Below, in pieces: positions 58,701 through 64,000 of a stretch of DNA of 64,000 nt. The notes beneath the pieces were generated by a model. That model was not told the DNA's origin. It saw only the letters and a list, made by a program, of their open reading frames with translations, and ran no database searches. The position numbers and the translations under genes were made by a program. Numbering within the stretch: the first letter of the stretch is position 1; the number at the start of each line of letters is the position of its first letter. The DNA comes from Candidatus Saccharimonadales bacterium (lineage in GTDB: Bacteria > Patescibacteriota > Saccharimonadia > Saccharimonadales > 2-12-FULL-41-12): positions 609,701 to 673,700 of the forward strand of contig JBFIJM010000001.1 of the NCBI GenBank assembly GCA_041600715.1. The letters are read 5' to 3'.

Positions 58701-59741
58701 GTGTCAGTATTAGACGATCTTTCAATGATTCACGAGCGTGACGCACAGGATGCTCTTGGTATTGCAGAAAAACAATATGAGCAGTTACTCCATCGCTTCG
58801 CTGTCACTGAGACGAATAGTAATTTTATTCCTAAGAATGTTGTATATGCGGGCATGGGCGGATCGAGCCTTAGTGCACTACTTAGTCAGTGTTGGCCTAA
58901 GCATACTGTTCCGTTTGAGGTATGTAGAAGTTATGACATCCCAGGATATGTGAACGAGGATACGTTATTTATCTCTGCCAGTTTTTCTGGTACCACAGAA
59001 GAGACACTAGCTACGCTTAGTAAGGCCCAAGACGCTGGAGCGCATATTGCTGTTATTGCCAGTGGAGGCACACTAGCCGAGATAGCTCACTCGAAAAACT
59101 ATTTATTTGCACAACTTCCACAGATATCACAACCCCGATACGGGGCGTTATATGTGCTCAAAGCCATTGTTGAGTTACTAGTAGCTACTAAGCTTGTGGG
59201 GGCAGAGGTTATCGATGAGCTAGAGAATCAGTCAGAGTGGCTGAAAAAGCATACTAGCGCATGGCGCGCTGATGTGCCAACCGCGAACAATCCAGTTAAA
59301 CAATTAGCTCAAGAGGTGTCCGGTACGTCTCCTGTAATTTATGCAAGTGATCAATTTTTCCCGGTAGCCTATAAGTGGAAGATCAGCTTTAACGAGAATG
59401 CAAAGAATGTTGCGTGGTGTAATGCTATTCCTGAGTTTAATCATAATGAATTTTTGGGTTGGAGCTCGCATCCTGTAGATAAGCCATATACGGTTATTGA
59501 TCTGGTTAGTAATCTTGATCATCCCCAGATCCGAAAAAGATTTGAGATTAGCGACCGCTTACTTAGTGGTAAACGACCGGCATCGCATACTGTTGAGCTT
59601 CAGGGAGAGACAGAGCTACAACAAATGTTATACGGGGTAGCTTTTGGTGATTTTGTGTCGTTATATACAGCGCTTTTAAATGGTCTAAATCCAACGCCCG
59701 TAGATTTAATCACTAAGCTTAAGCAGGAACTAGCGATCTAA
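58701..59741 (+). CDS. Bifunctional phosphoglucose/phosphomannose isomerase (SIS-domain family)
   Basis: GTG start at 58701 preceded by AAGGAG. GMGGSSLSA and SFSGTTEETL SIS motifs. C-terminal PGI/PMI-type domain. Confidence 0.8.
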   Translation: MSVLDDLSMIHERDAQDALGIAEKQYEQLLHRFAVTETNSNFIPKNVVYAGMGGSSLSALLSQCWPKHTVPFEVCRSYDIPGYVNEDTLFISASFSGTTEETLATLSKAQDAGAHIAVIASGGTLAEIAHSKNYLFAQLPQISQPRYGALYVLKAIVELLVATKLVGAEVIDELENQSEWLKKHTSAWRADVPTANNPVKQLAQEVSGTSPVIYASDQFFPVAYKWKISFNENAKNVAWCNAIPEFNHNEFLGWSSHPVDKPYTVIDLVSNLDHPQIRKRFEISDRLLSGKRPASHTVELQGETELQQMLYGVAFGDFVSLYTALLNGLNPTPVDLITKLKQELAI

Positions 59742-59793
59742 ACAAAATTTCTTGTTGTGATGTAGATAGTCCTCCTCTGTTATAATAACCACA

Positions 59794-61452
59794 ATGAACG
59801 AGAGTATTTCACGGCAGGTACAACAAGTTGTGCATAGACTATTTAACGTGGAAACCACGCCTGTTTTAACACGCCCCGACCCACAGTTCGGCGATTTTGC
59901 CACTAACATTGCTATGCAGTTAGCTAAGTCATTAGGCAAAAATCCCCGGGAGATCGCCGAAGCGATTGCTACTGAGCTCCGCAGTCAGGACGCAATAAAC
60001 GAGGTGTCGATAGCTGGTCCTGGCTTTATTAATGTTCGTTTGCACGATAGTGCACTATACGCCTCAGTATTTACCGAAGTCCCCAAGAAACAAGGGAGTC
60101 TACTCATCGAGTATTCTTGCCCAAATGCTTTTAAGTCTATACATGTCGGTCATTTTTATCAGACCATCCTGGGAGATTCTTTAGCTCGTGTTTATGAGCG
60201 TCTAGGGTGGACTGTATATAGAGTCACTTTCGGTGGTGATGTGGGCAGGCATGTAGGTATGAGTATGTGGTCAATCATTAACGAACTAGGTGGAGAATAT
60301 CCAGATAAACTTGCCGAAATTCCAGAAGACGTGCGTGCCACGTGGTTAGCAGAACGCTACGTGATGGGCACAAAAGCATTCGAAGAAGACCAGCAAGCTA
60401 AAGAAGAAATAACACAGTGCAACAAGCGTGTTTATGAGCTTCATAATGAAAACGATAAAACCTCTGATTTTGCTCGAATATACTGGACGTGCAGACAGTG
60501 GAGCTATGACGCTTTTAATCAATTTTATGAGTCAATCCAGGTGAAGCCTTTCGATCGTTCTATTGGAGAAAGCGAGACATTTCAGCCGGGGCTTAAGATT
60601 GTTAGAGATAATTTGGGTAAAGTATTCACAGAAAGCGACGGAGCGGTAATTCTATCTGAAGAAAAATCAGGACTTCATACACGAGTGTTTATTAACTCAG
60701 GAGGGTTACCAACATATGAAGCAAAAGATCTAGGCGTTATTTGGCTGGAAGCTCAAGAGTTTGAGTATGACAAGCGAATAATTATGACGGGCAGTGAACA
60801 AAAACAATATATGCAAGTTGTTTTCTCGGCACAATCATTGATTGATCCTGTACTCGGAGCTAAGCAGGAGAGTCTTACAAACGGTACAGTTAAATTTGGT
60901 GATGGAAAGAAAATGAGCTCACGACTAGGTAATGTGACACGGGCAGTTGATGTGCTCCCCTCTGCAAAAGAGGCTATCAAGGCAAAGTCGCAGGAGCTAC
61001 AGGAGCAGATTGCACTAGGTGCAATAAAATACACTTTCCTAAAAAGTAGTATAGGTGGGGACATATCCTTTGATCTGGATCAATCAGTCAGCACGGAAGG
61101 TAATAGTGGCCCATATCTCCAGTATGCATTAGTTCGAGCAAAGTCTATTTTGCGTAAAGTGTCAGTTGCCACCCAGCAATCTGTTGACCATTTAGAACAG
61201 CCAGAACGAGCACTTGCGGTATGTCTCACCCGTTATCCTGAAGTGTTGCAACAATCTGTAGATGGTAGCTCGCTTCATGATTTGTGCGCATATTTATATG
61301 AGCTTTCTCAGATTTTTAATCGGTTCTATGAACAATGCAAAGTAGTAGATGACCCAAGGGCAGATATTCGTATTCCGCTAGTAGTTCAATATGAGCAGAC
61401 TCTACGTGATGGCCTGCAAACACTCGGTATACCGACGCCAGAGGAAATGTAG
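59794..61452 (+). CDS. argS: Arginine--tRNA ligase
   Basis: 552 aa. Class I HIGH-like motif (SIHVGHF) and a typical ArgRS N-terminal add-on domain and C-terminal DALR-type domain. Confidence 0.95.
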   Translation: MNESISRQVQQVVHRLFNVETTPVLTRPDPQFGDFATNIAMQLAKSLGKNPREIAEAIATELRSQDAINEVSIAGPGFINVRLHDSALYASVFTEVPKKQGSLLIEYSCPNAFKSIHVGHFYQTILGDSLARVYERLGWTVYRVTFGGDVGRHVGMSMWSIINELGGEYPDKLAEIPEDVRATWLAERYVMGTKAFEEDQQAKEEITQCNKRVYELHNENDKTSDFARIYWTCRQWSYDAFNQFYESIQVKPFDRSIGESETFQPGLKIVRDNLGKVFTESDGAVILSEEKSGLHTRVFINSGGLPTYEAKDLGVIWLEAQEFEYDKRIIMTGSEQKQYMQVVFSAQSLIDPVLGAKQESLTNGTVKFGDGKKMSSRLGNVTRAVDVLPSAKEAIKAKSQELQEQIALGAIKYTFLKSSIGGDISFDLDQSVSTEGNSGPYLQYALVRAKSILRKVSVATQQSVDHLEQPERALAVCLTRYPEVLQQSVDGSSLHDLCAYLYELSQIFNRFYEQCKVVDDPRADIRIPLVVQYEQTLRDGLQTLGIPTPEEM

Positions 61453-62094
61453 ATGAAAGATCAAAAAGTTGTAATCTTCGACTTCGACGGAACTTTAGCA
61501 GATGTAGAGCCGTTAATACGCAAACTGTATGGGGAGTTCGCACTAAAACGTCGTTGGCCCGAGCTAACACCAGAAGCCTACAAGATGCTCCGCAAGGGTA
61601 CGATTAGGCAGGCTATGAAATGGGTTGGTGTAAAGTCGTGGCAGTTACCGGGGCTAATGAGGCAGGGTCGCACATTATTTCATCAACACAGTGCCGGGGT
61701 TAGCTTATTTGACCAAATCCCAGATGTAATAAAAAAACTACACGAAGATGGCTGGCATATTTATATCCTCAGCAATAATAGCGTAATTACAATCCACGAG
61801 ATACTAAAACGTAACGAGGTAGATCAATACGTACACATCCTAAAGCGACCAGCACTATTCGGCAAGTCAGCAAGTATAAGAAACCTTATAAACAAAAAGA
61901 AGTATGACAGAAGTAATGTCTGGATGGTTGGTGATGAAATTCGCGACATCCAAGCAGCGAACAAGGCCCGAGTTAAAAGCATCGCTGTTGCCTGGGGACT
62001 CCAGGATGAATTATTGCTTAAGGAAGCCCGTCCTACTTATACTGCACACAAAGTCAGTCAGATAACTAAATATTTAGCCAGAGGAGATTCGTAA
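61453..62094 (+). CDS. HAD-superfamily hydrolase (subfamily IA-like)
   Basis: 213 aa. Motif I VIFDFDGTLAD, motif II LSNN and motif IV MVGDEIRD. Confidence 0.8.
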   Translation: MKDQKVVIFDFDGTLADVEPLIRKLYGEFALKRRWPELTPEAYKMLRKGTIRQAMKWVGVKSWQLPGLMRQGRTLFHQHSAGVSLFDQIPDVIKKLHEDGWHIYILSNNSVITIHEILKRNEVDQYVHILKRPALFGKSASIRNLINKKKYDRSNVWMVGDEIRDIQAANKARVKSIAVAWGLQDELLLKEARPTYTAHKVSQITKYLARGDS

Positions 62095-62552
62095 TGGCAG
62101 ATCAGCAGAAAACCGCTAAAAAAATTGATTCAGCAAAAACCAAAGTAGCTAAGGCAGCTGCCGCCAAAGCCGCAGCTACTGCCAGGAAGCACGCCCGCGA
62201 AAAAGCTCGTGCCAAAGCAGAAGCGTTACGCCCTAAAAATCAGGTAGCTGGTTTTGCAGAGTTCATGCGCAAGCAGGGTGTTATAGGGTTAGCTATAGGA
62301 CTTGTGCTGGGTGTCCAGGTAAAAGCTGTAGTTGACCAAATAGTAGTAAGCTTTATCAATCCTATACTCGGGCTTATCCTTCCAGGGACAGGCAGTTTGG
62401 CAGAAAAGTCTTTTTCTCTTACTGTCGGCGAGAAAATAGCCGATTTTCAGTATGGAGCATTTTTGTCGGTAATGATTAGCTTCATAACAGTAGCGGGACT
62501 TGTTTATTATGGAGTAAAGGCGCTACGCTTAGATAGACTAGAAAAAAAATGA
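62094..62552 (+). CDS. mscL: Large-conductance mechanosensitive channel MscL with an Ala/Lys-rich N-terminal extension
   Basis: 152 aa. The MscL core begins at [20 protein letters not shown]. It is preceded by about 50 aa of a [25 protein letters not shown]-type extension. Confidence 0.85.
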   Translation: MADQQKTAKKIDSAKTKVAKAAAAKAAATARKHAREKARAKAEALRPKNQVAGFAEFMRKQGVIGLAIGLVLGVQVKAVVDQIVVSFINPILGLILPGTGSLAEKSFSLTVGEKIADFQYGAFLSVMISFITVAGLVYYGVKALRLDRLEKK

Positions 62553-62932
62553 ACCTAAGCGACTCCCAATGGAAAGCACAGCTAACTCCAGAGCAATACC
62601 GGATATTAAGAGAGAAGGGTACAGAGCCACCCTTCACTGGTGAATTATTAGAGAATAAGGCAGATGGCAGTTATGTTTGTGCCGGATGCGGGAATCAACT
62701 TTTTAGTAGCGAGCACAAATTTGACTCGGGTTCAGGCTGGCCGAGCTTTTATGATGTATCCTTGCTCGATTCTGTAGAGTTACACCGTGACGATAGCTTA
62801 GGCATGGAGCGCACAGAAGTAACATGCAAAAAATGTGGCGGTCATCTTGGCCATGTCTTTAATGATGGCCCAAAAGGCAAGACCGGCAAACGCTACTGTA
62901 TTAACTCCCTCAGCCTCAAATTTAAGAAGTAA
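62549..62932 (+). CDS. msrB: Peptide-methionine (R)-S-oxide reductase
   Basis: 127 aa. CxxC zinc motifs ([15 protein letters not shown]), GWPSF and a catalytic RYCINS. Confidence 0.95.
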   Translation: MNLSDSQWKAQLTPEQYRILREKGTEPPFTGELLENKADGSYVCAGCGNQLFSSEHKFDSGSGWPSFYDVSLLDSVELHRDDSLGMERTEVTCKKCGGHLGHVFNDGPKGKTGKRYCINSLSLKFKK

Positions 62933-62934
62933 TA

Positions 62935-63657
62935 TTAGTAACTCGGTGCTGGAGATAGTTCGAAGAATGCCTCCATTGTAAGCTTCTTGTTATGTAGTTC
63001 GGCAGATAAATCTTTACCCACGTATCGTAGATGCCAAGGCTCATACTGATACCCAGTAATATTAGTCTGATTCTTGTCGTAACGAATAATAAATCCATAC
63101 TCGTGAGCATGAGTAGCTAGCCATTGTCCTGCTGGAGTTTCGCCAAAACATTCGTCTAGATCACACGTTCCATTGCCGAGGTCGACTGCTAGGCCTGTTT
63201 GATGCTCACTATATCCGGGACGTGCGCTATAAGTGTCTGCTTTGGCGATACCATCACGGTCTACATAATTGTTGTATAAAGACGCTTGCCGGGCATAAGA
63301 TCGATAACCACTAATAATGTTTAGCGTATGCCCCTCTTTTTTTGCAGAGTCAATCAAAGTATTCAGTGCTGATACAGCTTCGGCACGCAGTTGTTCATTG
63401 CTAATTGCAGTGAGGTCTGAAGGCTCATAACTTTTTGGTAGAGGTCGTTTTTTATTAACTACCACCCAAATACTAGCCAGGTCATCAATAGAAAAGCGAG
63501 TTGGGTCGAAGGGCAGGGGGTCTGGATTCTTGGTAACTTCTGGTTCTTGGCTTGGAGCATTATTGCTTTTAGGAGCTTCAACGCGTTCATTCAAAGTAAA
63601 AATACCTACACCGATGACTATAAGGAGGATAACTACACTAACTATTAGTTTTCGCAT
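62935..63657 (-). CDS. D-alanyl-D-alanine carboxypeptidase family protein (VanY/M15B)
   Basis: 240 aa with an N-terminal TM helix. SGYRSY, SEHQTGLAVD and EPWHLRY motifs. Confidence 0.85.
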   Translation of the reverse strand: MRKLIVSVVILLIVIGVGIFTLNERVEAPKSNNAPSQEPEVTKNPDPLPFDPTRFSIDDLASIWVVVNKKRPLPKSYEPSDLTAISNEQLRAEAVSALNTLIDSAKKEGHTLNIISGYRSYARQASLYNNYVDRDGIAKADTYSARPGYSEHQTGLAVDLGNGTCDLDECFGETPAGQWLATHAHEYGFIIRYDKNQTNITGYQYEPWHLRYVGKDLSAELHNKKLTMEAFFELSPAPSY

Positions 63658-63778
63658 ATCTCGATAATACCACGTCCGGACACGAACTTTTTGTAATATT
63701 TAAACTAACTGAGCGCTTATTATGTTCATCACCAACCGCGCGTTACAGAAATGCCACCCATTCAGGTATACTGATTTC

Positions 63779-64000
63779 ATGGCAAAAGAATCTATAGACA
63801 AAAACATTGCTCCGACAAAATTACTCTGGGTTGATCTAGAAATGACCGGTCTCGACCCAATTAAAGACGTTATATTAGAGGTCGCCTGTGAGGTGACAGA
63901 CTTCGATTTTAAGACTCTAGCTAGTTATGAGGCAGTGATTTCTCATCCTAATGATGTACTAGAAAACATGAACGAATGGTCAAAAAACCAACATGCCATC
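63779..64000 (+). CDS. orn: Oligoribonuclease (partial; runs off the window end)
   Basis: Manual translation from ATG 63779 gives MAKESIDKNIAPTKLLWVDLEMTGLDP..., with the DEDDh exonuclease motif I (WVDLEMTGL). Confidence 0.8.
   Translation, partial: MAKESIDKNIAPTKLLWVDLEMTGLDPIKDVILEVACEVTDFDFKTLASYEAVISHPNDVLENMNEWSKNQHAI

Overview
The window looks like the chromosomal replication-origin region of a small, reduced bacterial genome of about 43% GC. Gene content suggests Patescibacteria/CPR, probably Saccharibacteria-like, but this is an inference that I could not test by search. All calls come from reading the ORF translations and the DNA by eye; no database search was run.

Layout:
(1) 0.1-8.8 kb: a cell-surface glycan and surface-protein locus. 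It holds a convergent gmd/rmd pair (GDP-D-rhamnose type), an O-antigen-ligase-like membrane protein, a GT4 glycosyltransferase and a 977-aa SGNH-containing surface protein.
(2) 8.8-15.6 kb: the classical origin cluster jag-yidC-rnpA-rpmH <> dnaA-dnaN-(four-helix-bundle gene)-recF. TTTTCCACA-type DnaA boxes lie on both sides of dnaA. rpmH is below the ORF-track size cutoff and was found by hand.
(3) 15.6-33.9 kb: the main accessory feature, a type IV secretion-like locus. A 15-kb minus-strand operon encodes VirB4, a PrgI/VirB3-like protein, a VirB6/TrbL-like protein, two giant multi-domain peptidoglycan hydrolases and several unknown proteins. It faces a divergent array of seven tandem VirB2/TrbC-like pilin paralogues. 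No coupling protein, relaxase, VirB11 or integrase is present in the window.
(4) 33.9-64 kb: mostly housekeeping genes (hsp20, comFC, three tRNAs, valS, tsaD, murE, groES/groEL with a CIRCE operator, pgi/pmi, argS, mscL, msrB, a VanY-like peptidase and partial orn). Interspersed are a membrane-anchored double-AAA+ Clp-like operon and several unknown genes.

Two non-genic signals stand out. The first is a dispersed family of TAG/GGAATTAG-unit hairpin repeats. It brackets the four-helix-bundle gene, precedes two T4SS genes together with a near-identical ribosome-binding leader, and has one copy embedded in frame inside the essential tsaD gene. The second is a set of tRNA-derived partial duplications next to tRNA-Ser and tRNA-Arg.
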